Positions 8,092-16,361 of a stretch of DNA of 36,234 nt are shown piece after piece (position 1 is the first letter of the stretch; every line of letters begins with the position of its first letter). Location: NCBI GenBank assembly GCA_964523265.1, contig CAZFXQ010000005.1:1-36234 (forward strand). Reading direction: 5' to 3'. Made by a program: the position numbers and the translations under genes. The notes under the pieces were generated by a model that did not search any database, had not been told where the DNA came from, and saw only the letters and a program-made list of their open reading frames with translations. Source of the stretch: an uncultured Muribaculaceae bacterium. Its GTDB lineage: Bacteria; Bacillota_I; Bacilli_A; RF39; UBA660.

Positions 8092-9186
8092 ATGAAAAAA
8101 ATTTTAGAATTTATAAAAGAAAAATCATATTATCTTTTAGGCGCAACGGTACTCATTTTAGTGTTAGCAGTAGCGATAGCTTCTTGCTCAAAAGGTGGTG
8201 AACCAAAAAGCTATGATCAAATTGAAAATATTGTGGTTGAAGCAGCTGAAAAATATTATGAACAGAAAAGTGATTTGTTACCAACTAAAGAGGGCGAAAG
8301 TGTAAGAGTGAATGTTGGAACTTTAATTGAGGCAAATTTGTTATCTGAAATATATGATCCAAACGATAAGTCTAATAAATGTAATGGATATGTGGATGTT
8401 ATTAAAATTGTTAACACATATTCATATATGCCATATTTGAATTGTCCGGGTAATTATGAACCTGAATATTTAGCTGACAAAATAAAGAATTCTACATTAG
8501 ATGAATATGGTAATGGTGTTTATGAAATGAATGGTGAGTATGTATACAGGGGTGATGATGTTAAAAATTATGTTATTTTTGCCAATCAAGTATGGAGAAT
8601 AATTAAAGTCGATAAACAAGGAGATATAGAAATTGTTTTAGCGGATGAGCAAAATTACAATAGAGCAGAATGGGATACATCATATAATCCAGAAATAGGT
8701 AGAAGCTATGGAAAAACCACTGATTATTTACATACAAGCATTAGGAGAAGCTTACAAGCATATTATGATGAAGTGTTAGATGATTTTTCAAGATCAAGGA
8801 TAGTACCTAAAAATATATGTGTTGGTCCAAAACAGTTTGATGCAAAAGAAAATGAAGATGAAGAGTGTTCTGTAATAAAAGAAAATGAATATGTTAGTTT
8901 ATTAAGAGTTAGTGATTATCCAAAAGCTAGTTTAGATAGTGGATGTACTATATATAGTGCACTGGAATGTACAAATAGAAACTATTTTGCGATAACAGGC
9001 AGTATTAATACATGGTTATTAACTAGAGTATTAGATAATTCATATGAGGTATATACTTTAGCAGGTGGTATAGATTATGATCAGGCTTACAGGAATAAAA
9101 AAATATGTCCAGTGGTATATTTATCAAAAAGCGTTATAGTTTCAAGTGGTGATGGTAGCTATGATGATAATTATATAATAAAATAA
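8092..9186 (+). CDS. exported lipoprotein or membrane-anchored protein of unknown function
   Basis: The ORF track begins at 8011. ATG 8092 follows GAAGGGAA and gives MKKILEFIKEK plus a hydrophobic helix and lipobox IASC. The extracytoplasmic body has several Cys and an NYVIFANQVWRIIKVDKQGDIEIVL motif. Confidence 0.7.
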   Translation: MKKILEFIKEKSYYLLGATVLILVLAVAIASCSKGGEPKSYDQIENIVVEAAEKYYEQKSDLLPTKEGESVRVNVGTLIEANLLSEIYDPNDKSNKCNGYVDVIKIVNTYSYMPYLNCPGNYEPEYLADKIKNSTLDEYGNGVYEMNGEYVYRGDDVKNYVIFANQVWRIIKVDKQGDIEIVLADEQNYNRAEWDTSYNPEIGRSYGKTTDYLHTSIRRSLQAYYDEVLDDFSRSRIVPKNICVGPKQFDAKENEDEECSVIKENEYVSLLRVSDYPKASLDSGCTIYSALECTNRNYFAITGSINTWLLTRVLDNSYEVYTLAGGIDYDQAYRNKKICPVVYLSKSVIVSSGDGSYDDNYIIK

Positions 9187-9195
9187 TTAATTTTG

Positions 9196-9224
9196 TTGAC
9201 AAAATAAATAAATTGATATACAAT
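9196..9224 (+). promoter_or_regulatory. near-consensus promoter for the small pilin-like gene
   Basis: TTGACA (9196-9201), a 17-nt spacer, then TACAAT (9219-9224). AGGAGG RBS lies before ATG 9251. Confidence 0.55.
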
Positions 9225-9250
9225 TCTTATGTAGAGTTAGGAGGATTTTT

Positions 9251-9637
9251 ATGAATATTAGTAGTATTTTTAGTATTTTGACTACAACTACAACAAGAAG
9301 TGGTGTTGGCTCAACTAATTTTAATTGTACTACACAATTAGAAGGTGTTATTGCTATTGCAGGTTTTGTGTTGAAAGTAATTCAGTATGCTGCACCAATA
9401 ATCTTAATTATATGGGGATCTATTGATTTGATTAGAGCAATAACTGCAGGTAAAGAAGAAGAAATTAAGAAGAAACAAGGAATACTAATAAAAAGAGCGA
9501 TAGCAGCGGTAATATTATTCTTTGTTCCACTTTTAGTAAGTACACTTCTAGGGTTAATTGGTTCTACTGATTGGAGAAGTTGTTGGAATGCAAACAAAGA
9601 TAAACCTTTACCAACAGCCGGCGAAGTACCAAATTAA
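9251..9637 (+). CDS. small two-helix membrane protein, VirB2/TrbC pilin-like (T4SS)
   Basis: 128 aa. Two hydrophobic helices are joined by a charged loop (SIDLIRAITAGKEEEIKKKQGILIKRAIA). It has its own promoter and terminator. It heads the T4SS cluster and shares this domain with the C-terminus of the next ORF. The pilin assignment rests on topology and context only. Confidence 0.55.
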   Translation: MNISSIFSILTTTTTRSGVGSTNFNCTTQLEGVIAIAGFVLKVIQYAAPIILIIWGSIDLIRAITAGKEEEIKKKQGILIKRAIAAVILFFVPLLVSTLLGLIGSTDWRSCWNANKDKPLPTAGEVPN

Positions 9638-9649
9638 AATTAATAGTTA

Positions 9650-9678
9650 AAAAAGAGTTCATATTGTGAACTTTTTTT
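9650..9678 (+). terminator. Rho-independent terminator
   Basis: agttca (9656-9661) pairs with tgaact (9667-9672), extended by A/T pairs, followed by a T7 run. Confidence 0.5.
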
Positions 9679-9757
9679 CATTTTATATAAAAAATATGTT
9701 TTAATTATCTTAAAAAAATGTTATCATTATAGTAAGTATAGTAGATGAGGTGTTTGT

Positions 9758-10621
9758 ATGAGAAAATTAAGTAAGCTGGTACTATTTATGATATTTGTAA
9801 TGTTTGTTGTTACTAATAAGGTAATAGCAGATACTTGTGTTGGTAAAATTACTGAAAGTGAAAGAAGTGGTAGCCAGGTTAAGGAAACTGTTACATGGAA
9901 TTGTGATGATCCAAAATATCAGAATACTTGTAACTTTAATATAGAAATCGAAGATACAAAATTTATACTTTCTTTTTATTGTAGTAATGGTAAATTAGGA
10001 AGTGCAACAATATATCCTTCTGATGTTTCAGATTGTAGTGAAGTGGGTACAGGATGGCGTGTTATGGGCGGAAAATCCAAGTTGGATAGAACAGAGTTAG
10101 ATGTTAGAACGTATGATAAGGAATTTTCACCAGATAAATACTATTTGCTTAATATTAGCCCAAAAGCGAAAATATTACCATATGGTTTGTGCATAAGCTT
10201 TGGATCTCCTGTTATACCTGGTACAACGACGAATCCAGGTGAAACAACAAAATCTGTTGGAATATCAAGTGGAACTAATACAGGAGCTAGTGTAACAAAA
10301 AAAACAAAGGTGAATCCTGATCATCCTAATTTGTCTACTTATAAAACAAATACGTTAGCAGAGCCAAGTAATATTTGTACTCAAGAAGTCAAAGATAAGG
10401 CCCACTACTATTGGGCATATATTATGGTAATGGCGCCAATAGGTTTAATGATATTGATATCTGTTGATTTCGTTAAAGCTATTACATCAGGTAAACCAGA
10501 TGCTTTAAAGAAAAGTGGTAATGATGCTGTTAAAAGAGCAATTGCTTGTATTATATTACTTATGTTACCATTTTTATTAGGTACTATATTTAGTTGGTTT
10601 AGTATGAATTTCTGTTTTTAA
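9758..10621 (+). CDS. secreted Cys-rich domain fused to a pilin-like two-helix C-terminal domain
   Basis: Signal peptide (MRKLSKLVLFMIFVMFVVTNKVIA/DT). About 140 aa with multiple Cys, then a Thr/Gly/Pro-rich linker. The C-terminus APIGLMILISVDFVKAITSGKPDALKKSGNDAVKRAIACIILLMLPFLL aligns with ORF 9251..9637. Confidence 0.6.
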   Translation: MRKLSKLVLFMIFVMFVVTNKVIADTCVGKITESERSGSQVKETVTWNCDDPKYQNTCNFNIEIEDTKFILSFYCSNGKLGSATIYPSDVSDCSEVGTGWRVMGGKSKLDRTELDVRTYDKEFSPDKYYLLNISPKAKILPYGLCISFGSPVIPGTTTNPGETTKSVGISSGTNTGASVTKKTKVNPDHPNLSTYKTNTLAEPSNICTQEVKDKAHYYWAYIMVMAPIGLMILISVDFVKAITSGKPDALKKSGNDAVKRAIACIILLMLPFLLGTIFSWFSMNFCF

Positions 10622-10636
10622 GGTTGGTGATTTAAC

Positions 10637-13624
10637 TTGAATATATTATTTAGTTGGCTATCAATACCTAGAATGATTGGTATATGGATAGATTCTATAG
10701 CTTTTTCATTGATTGATAATGCTTATAATTTGATTGTATTTTTTGCAGGAAAAAAACTTTTTGCAGATGGTACCGTAAGTAAAATAATAAGTAGTACTTA
10801 TGTTGTAATTGCATTATTTGCATTATTTAGGCTTGCGTTATTACTTATTAATGCAATGATTTCACCTGATAGATTATATGATTCTAAAAATGGTATTGTT
10901 AAAATTGGTCTTAATGTAGTTATAATGTTTGTACTATTAGTTATTACACCTTTACTTTTTAGTGAAGCAAGGGATTTACAAGAATTTATTGTAAAAGAAA
11001 ATTTTATTGGTAAGATGTTTGGATTGGGTGTTACTAGCTTTGGGACTTATGTCGATGATGATGATGATCCGAGTACACCAGCACCAACAGCGGATGAATA
11101 TAATCCCGGTATTATAATGCAAAAAATGGTAATTAGTGCATTAATATATCCGGATGAAAGATTAGTGAATGATGATGGTACACCAAATGGTGAATGTACC
11201 GGAAAATGTGATGATATTGTTACTGATTACAAAGATATGATGGATGGTGATTATAAAGTTGATTATGGGTGGTTATCTAGAAAAATAACGGTATCTGTAG
11301 ATGTTGGTGATGAAGAGGTTTACGTACTACATTATTACTTCATAGTAACACTTGCTGTTGCTGGATTTATTGCATATATATTATTTTCATTTGCAATTGA
11401 TATTGCTGTTCGTAGTGTAGAACTCGCAGTTTTAGAGATATTATCACCACTTTTTATAGTAACATATATAGATCCTAAGTCTGCTAAATCAGGGCCATTT
11501 CATAATTGGCTTACGACAGTTGGTAAAACATATGTTAGTTTATTTATAAAACTGGCCATAGTTTCAATTATGCTTGTATTAATAACACTAGTTGAAGACA
11601 TAGATTTATCTGGTGGAGGATTGTTAGCAAAAATAATAATGATTTTCGCGATATTAATATTTGCTAAAAAAGCACCAACCTGGATATCTAATATGATAGG
11701 AATTAAAGATAGCGAAGGATTAGGTGGACTTAATATTGGTAAAAAACTAGCTGGAGCTGCTTTAATAGGTGGTGCAGCACAAAATGCATTAAATAAAGGA
11801 AAGAATGCGTTAGCAGGGGCGGGGTTAGGTTTAGCTAAAAATGCTCATGCATATAGAAAAGCAAAGAAAAGTCAATTAAGTGATTCTGATGATAGAGCGA
11901 TGGATAGAGTTAAGTCTAGATATCATGATAATCGTGAAAGTTCAGGTAGAATAAAATCAGCACTATCTGCTGTTGGACAATCATATTTTAAAGATGCTGG
12001 AAAAAATATGAAAAATTGGGGTAGTACATTTGCAGCAGGAGCTGCAGGAGCTTTAACAGGAATCACTTCTGGAGCAAAGAGCGGTTATGAATCAAAGGAT
12101 ATAAAAGATATTAATTCTAAAACTAAAGCTACGGCAAAAGCTGCTGTTGAAAGATATGCTCCTGGATATCAATCAATACCATCAAGAGCAGCAGAAAAAG
12201 CAGGAGATGTTATAAATAAAGTTGCTAATGCGCCATTTGGTGGTGCGACTGCTGTTGAAGACCAGCTTCAAGAAGCAAGGAAGAAGAAAGCTGCAAACGA
12301 AAAAGCTAAAGCATATTTTCCTGGATTTAAAGTTGATAGTAACGGAGAAAGAAATAAAATTCAAAATCCAGTTAAAGTTAGTGAGGCAAAAGCCGTTGTT
12401 GATAAAGTTAATGCTGATGCATTAAAAGGAACAGGAATTAAATTTTCAAGTTCTGCAAAAGAAGGTATTGTTGGTGCAATGGCTGTAAGTAGATTAACGA
12501 AAAATTCAGATGGAACATTTAGTTATAATGGACAATCTGTATCACTTTCAAGTGATGGTATAAGTGTTAATGGTGGTCCAAAGATGTCTTATTCTGATTT
12601 CTGCAAGAACAATAACATAATGAGTGTAGCAGGAGAAAGATTTGCTGAATCATGTTCTCGTGAAATTGCGACTCAAAACCTAACTAGATATGATTCAAAT
12701 ATAAAAGAAATTGCATCAAAGAAAGAACTTGCTGCACAAGCTGAACAACAAATATTAAGTTTCCAAGCTAATATGAAAGCAACTCGTGGTGATGCAGCAT
12801 ATGAAAGTTTATTAAGATTAGATGCAGCTCAAAAAGCAAATGTTGGAAGTTCTATTACTAATAACACTCAATATATGAATGCAAAAAATAACCTTGTTAC
12901 AGGTTTTGGTAATGAAATGATAAATGCTGAAAGTAATCTAGATAGTGCAATGAAAGCATTAGTTACAGCAAGATCATCTGGAGCTACTAAAGAACAAATT
13001 ACTGAGTTGGAAAACAATGTTAATGTAGCAACAGAAGAAAGAAATAAAGTAAGATTAAATATATCAAGAGAAAATCAAATGGAGATTGAAAAATTCCAGG
13101 CGGATTTAACGTCAGCTCGTTCTTCTGGAGCTACTCAAGAACAAATTACGGAAATTGAAAACAACTTGAAAGCTGCTACAGAAAAGAGTGATAAATTTAA
13201 AACTTTAGTTAAAGAAGTGGATGCATATGAGGAATTAAATGGTTATACAGATGCGAGTGGTGTAGAATTAAAAGTAGGTGCAATCAAGGCTGTTGATAGT
13301 ATTCCAGGTGTTCAACAAGGAACTGCACAAGCATATATGAGAGTTACTGCAACCAGAGATGATGCAAATAATAAGGTTTCAGAACTTACTGAAGAAAGCG
13401 AAAAAATTAAAGATGAAATTATTACTGATCTTGAAAATAATGGTGATAAATCAGCTTATAGACCTGAAGATTATGATGGAACTGTGCTTGAAGCCTTTGT
13501 TAAGGATGCAAGAGGTAATTATGTTGTAAATCCAGAATTTTCTCGTGTTATATCAGCAGCTAGTACACAAGAATCTAAAGCTAAAGAAGCTTTGAGTAAA
13601 GCAACAGAAAAGGATAAGAAATAG
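10637..13624 (+). CDS. VirB6/TrbL-like polytopic T4SS channel protein with a roughly 630-aa hydrophilic coiled-coil extension
   Basis: TTG start after GGTTGGTGA. The N-terminal 350 aa or so contain at least 6 hydrophobic helices. The remainder is Ala/Lys/Glu/Ser-rich with an internal repeat. It sits directly upstream of VirB3/VirB4-like genes, as TcpH, PrgH and Orf15 do in Gram-positive T4SS. Confidence 0.6.
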   Translation: MNILFSWLSIPRMIGIWIDSIAFSLIDNAYNLIVFFAGKKLFADGTVSKIISSTYVVIALFALFRLALLLINAMISPDRLYDSKNGIVKIGLNVVIMFVLLVITPLLFSEARDLQEFIVKENFIGKMFGLGVTSFGTYVDDDDDPSTPAPTADEYNPGIIMQKMVISALIYPDERLVNDDGTPNGECTGKCDDIVTDYKDMMDGDYKVDYGWLSRKITVSVDVGDEEVYVLHYYFIVTLAVAGFIAYILFSFAIDIAVRSVELAVLEILSPLFIVTYIDPKSAKSGPFHNWLTTVGKTYVSLFIKLAIVSIMLVLITLVEDIDLSGGGLLAKIIMIFAILIFAKKAPTWISNMIGIKDSEGLGGLNIGKKLAGAALIGGAAQNALNKGKNALAGAGLGLAKNAHAYRKAKKSQLSDSDDRAMDRVKSRYHDNRESSGRIKSALSAVGQSYFKDAGKNMKNWGSTFAAGAAGALTGITSGAKSGYESKDIKDINSKTKATAKAAVERYAPGYQSIPSRAAEKAGDVINKVANAPFGGATAVEDQLQEARKKKAANEKAKAYFPGFKVDSNGERNKIQNPVKVSEAKAVVDKVNADALKGTGIKFSSSAKEGIVGAMAVSRLTKNSDGTFSYNGQSVSLSSDGISVNGGPKMSYSDFCKNNNIMSVAGERFAESCSREIATQNLTRYDSNIKEIASKKELAAQAEQQILSFQANMKATRGDAAYESLLRLDAAQKANVGSSITNNTQYMNAKNNLVTGFGNEMINAESNLDSAMKALVTARSSGATKEQITELENNVNVATEERNKVRLNISRENQMEIEKFQADLTSARSSGATQEQITEIENNLKAATEKSDKFKTLVKEVDAYEELNGYTDASGVELKVGAIKAVDSIPGVQQGTAQAYMRVTATRDDANNKVSELTEESEKIKDEIITDLENNGDKSAYRPEDYDGTVLEAFVKDARGNYVVNPEFSRVISAASTQESKAKEALSKATEKDKK
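12968..13189 (+). repeat. intragenic direct repeat (two 75-nt copies, 147-nt period)
   Basis: 12968-13042 encodes ARSSGATKEQITELENNVNVATEER and 13115-13189 encodes ARSSGATQEQITEIENNLKAATEKS. Confidence 0.8.
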
Positions 13625-13638
13625 GAAGGGGATAAAGT

Positions 13639-13953
13639 ATGAATCAATATTTAATAGCAGCTAATTCTAAAAAAGGGCAATTGATATTTAGTATATTTAG
13701 AAAAATTGATTTGATAATAGCTTTGGTAGGAGCAGGAACAACATTTATATTATTTTTAATATTTGAACCTTCCTCTTTATCATCTGGAATAATTGTGTTG
13801 TTACCACTTTTGGTGTGTACAACGCTTGTTATGCCAATACCTAATTATCATAATGTATTATGTGTACTTAAAAACATATATAATTTTTACTTTGTTGATA
13901 AGAATCAATTAGTATGGAAAGGATGGTGTGCTAAAGATGAGTACAAAGAATAG
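13639..13953 (+). CDS. small 2-TM protein, VirB3/PrgI-like
   Basis: 104 aa with two adjacent hydrophobic helices. It lies immediately upstream of and overlaps the VirB4 genes. GGAAGGGG RBS. Confidence 0.5.
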   Translation: MNQYLIAANSKKGQLIFSIFRKIDLIIALVGAGTTFILFLIFEPSSLSSGIIVLLPLLVCTTLVMPIPNYHNVLCVLKNIYNFYFVDKNQLVWKGWCAKDEYKE

Positions 13954-14476
13954 TGTAAATACAGAAAGTTTTGTTCCAATAAAATCAATTGAGAATAATA
14001 TGATTAATCTTGATAGTGGTTTTATGGTAGCGGGTGTTAAGGTTGCTCCTAAAAACATATTTATATTAGATGAAGGTGACATGTTTGGTGTTATTGATGG
14101 ATTAAAGGATTTTTATAATACGCTTGATTTTGAATTTTGGTTAGTAGTTGCAGATAGACCTGTTGATATATCAGTTTATATTGCAGAACTTCAAATGATG
14201 TATAACAAGTCACAAAATCCAGTTATTCGAAAACTAATAAATCAGGATCTTAAAAAAGCAGACGATTTTAGTGATAATGTTTCTGATATTGAATTTTATT
14301 TCTTATTCAAGGATAAAAATCTTGAACTAATAAACAAGAAAGTAAGACTTATGATAAATGGGCTTGCAAATGCGGGATTATCATCTAGTCAAGCTAATAA
14401 TGAAGATTTAAGAAGTATACTTGAGAATTTCTTGAATGGTGGATTAAAAACTGAATTTGGGACGGTGTTAGCATAA
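13928..14476 (+). CDS. VirB4 N-terminal-domain protein (first half of a split VirB4)
   Basis: FVPIKSIENNMINLDSGFMVAGVKVAPKNIFILDEGDMFGVIDGLKDFYNTLDFEFWLVVADRPVDISVYI follows the N-terminal pattern of Gram-positive VirB4s (PrgJ/TcpF/Orf16-type). The track start is GTG 13928; ATG 13937 is an alternative. Its stop overlaps the next start (TAATG). Confidence 0.6.
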   Translation: MLKMSTKNSVNTESFVPIKSIENNMINLDSGFMVAGVKVAPKNIFILDEGDMFGVIDGLKDFYNTLDFEFWLVVADRPVDISVYIAELQMMYNKSQNPVIRKLINQDLKKADDFSDNVSDIEFYFLFKDKNLELINKKVRLMINGLANAGLSSSQANNEDLRSILENFLNGGLKTEFGTVLA

Positions 14477-16269
14477 TGGCAAATAATATAAAAAAGGAGC
14501 TAGCTCCTAAAGGTCTAGAATTTAAACCAGCAGAATTTGTTATAAGTGATAAATGGTGTACTATTTTAACCGTAGTTTCATTTCCAAAATGGATATCACC
14601 TGGTTTTTTAGCAGGTATTACTAATACACCAGGTGTAAAAATGGTTATTAAACATATTCAATTACCATTTTCAGTCATGTCTAAAATGCTTAACAAACAA
14701 TTAACTGATTTAAGAGTTCAATATGAAAAAGAAAATGATAAAACATATCAAGAACAATTAAGACAAGATTATGATTCATTAAATGATTTTATTCAAATGA
14801 TTACGGCTAATCAAGCTAGAATATTTGATTTTCAAATGCACTTATTTATTTCTGCGGATTCTAAAGAAGAATTAGAACAGAAAAAAGTACAAATGAAAAA
14901 TTACCTAATTTCTATGGAAATGAGAGCAATACCATTAAGGTTTGAGCAAAGAAAAGTATTAAAATCAATACTTCCTATCTTTCCAAAACAAGATATTGAA
15001 GATCAAATAGGTACTCCTATTACATCTCCAACGGTTGCAGCTATGTATCCTTTTATATTTGATAGTTTAAAAGATCCAGGGCCATCTTGCCTTCTTGGTA
15101 CAGATTTTTCTGGAGGTGTTGTTTTATTTAATCAATTCTTATATCAAACAAGAAAAGAGTTTAATAGAACTAATGCTAATATGATTATTTTAGGTACAAC
15201 AGGATCAGGTAAATCAACTGCGGCTAAATTACTTTTAAGAACACATATTAGAAATGAATATAAAGTTGTTGCAATAGATCCTGAAGGTGAGCTTGAAGAA
15301 ATGGTAGCTCGTATGCAGGGTGATTTCATTGATTTAGGTAAGGGTGGACAATATGGTATGATTAATCCACTTGAAGTAATACTTGAAGCTGATGATGAGG
15401 AAATAAAAGATGGATTAGGATATACAGTTCTTACGAAAACATTACAGTTTTTAAAGGCATTCATGAAGTATTATGATCCAACTATAACTGAAGATGTACT
15501 TACAATGTTTAGTGAAATAGCTCAATTAACTTATCAACGTTTTGGTATTTCTTTTGAAAGTGATTTTTCAAGTTTTACCCCAGATCAATATCCAACATTT
15601 TCAGATCTTTATGAAACTTTGGTTAGAAGACTTGAAGCATATGGTGATCAATTAACACACGAAAGAAATATACTTGAGACGCTAGAACTTAAAATAAGAC
15701 CTTTGGTTAAAGAATTGAAATTCTATTTTGATGGACATACAACGATAAGACCAACTACTAAATTTATTGTTTTTAATATAAGAGATTTAATGAATGCTGA
15801 TGAAAATATCAGAAATGCATTGTTCTTTAATATATTAAAATATGCATGGTCACATTGTTTAGATAGAACAATTAATACAATACTTATGGTAGATGAGGCA
15901 CATATATTATTATCTGGTAATAACACAATAGGAGCAGATTTCTTGGCACAAATACAAAGACGTGCTAGAAAGTATAATAGTGGTACAATATTTATTACTC
16001 AACAACCATCAGATTTTGCAGAGCCTAGTGTAATAACTCAAGGTAAAGCAATATTTGATAATGCATCATATTATCTTATTATGGGACTTAAGAAACAGGG
16101 GGCAGAGGATTTATCAAAATTAATTGATTTAAATGATCAAGAAAAAGAAAGTATTAAGAAATATAATCAAGGTGAAGCATTACTTGTTTGTGGAGCTAGA
16201 AGAATGCGTATTGATGTTATTGTTACAGAAGCAGAACTTGATTCATTTGGTTCTGGTGGAGGATTATAA
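14476..16269 (+). CDS. virB4: VirB4-family T4SS ATPase (C-terminal two thirds)
   Basis: LAPKGLEFKPAEFVISDKWCTILTVVSFPKWISPGFL (VirB4 middle region). Walker A GTTGSGKST and Walker B LMVDEAH. IFITQQPSDF distal motif. Confidence 0.85.
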   Translation: MANNIKKELAPKGLEFKPAEFVISDKWCTILTVVSFPKWISPGFLAGITNTPGVKMVIKHIQLPFSVMSKMLNKQLTDLRVQYEKENDKTYQEQLRQDYDSLNDFIQMITANQARIFDFQMHLFISADSKEELEQKKVQMKNYLISMEMRAIPLRFEQRKVLKSILPIFPKQDIEDQIGTPITSPTVAAMYPFIFDSLKDPGPSCLLGTDFSGGVVLFNQFLYQTRKEFNRTNANMIILGTTGSGKSTAAKLLLRTHIRNEYKVVAIDPEGELEEMVARMQGDFIDLGKGGQYGMINPLEVILEADDEEIKDGLGYTVLTKTLQFLKAFMKYYDPTITEDVLTMFSEIAQLTYQRFGISFESDFSSFTPDQYPTFSDLYETLVRRLEAYGDQLTHERNILETLELKIRPLVKELKFYFDGHTTIRPTTKFIVFNIRDLMNADENIRNALFFNILKYAWSHCLDRTINTILMVDEAHILLSGNNTIGADFLAQIQRRARKYNSGTIFITQQPSDFAEPSVITQGKAIFDNASYYLIMGLKKQGAEDLSKLIDLNDQEKESIKKYNQGEALLVCGARRMRIDVIVTEAELDSFGSGGGL

Positions 16270-16280
16270 TGAGTTTTAAA

Positions 16281-16316
16281 AAGAATTATGATTTTTATCC
16301 ATAATTCTTTTTTTTT
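16281..16316 (+). terminator. Rho-independent terminator after virB4
   Basis: aagaattatg (16281-16290) pairs with cataattctt (16300-16309), followed by a long T-run. Confidence 0.65.
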
Positions 16317-16327
16317 GACAATAAATG

Positions 16328-16336
16328 TGCTATAAT
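16328..16336 (+). promoter_or_regulatory. extended -10 promoter element
   Basis: TGcTATAAT lies 25 nt upstream of GTG 16362. The TTGACA at 16315-16320 is too close (10 nt) to act as a -35. Confidence 0.4.
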
Positions 16337-16361
16337 TTTGTTATATTAGGTGGTGTAAATT

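Noticed and set aside
16315-16336. TTGACA at 16315-16320 as the -35 for the hydrolase promoter.
   Set aside because: Only 10 nt separate it from TATAAT, which is too short. The TGn extended -10 is the more plausible determinant.
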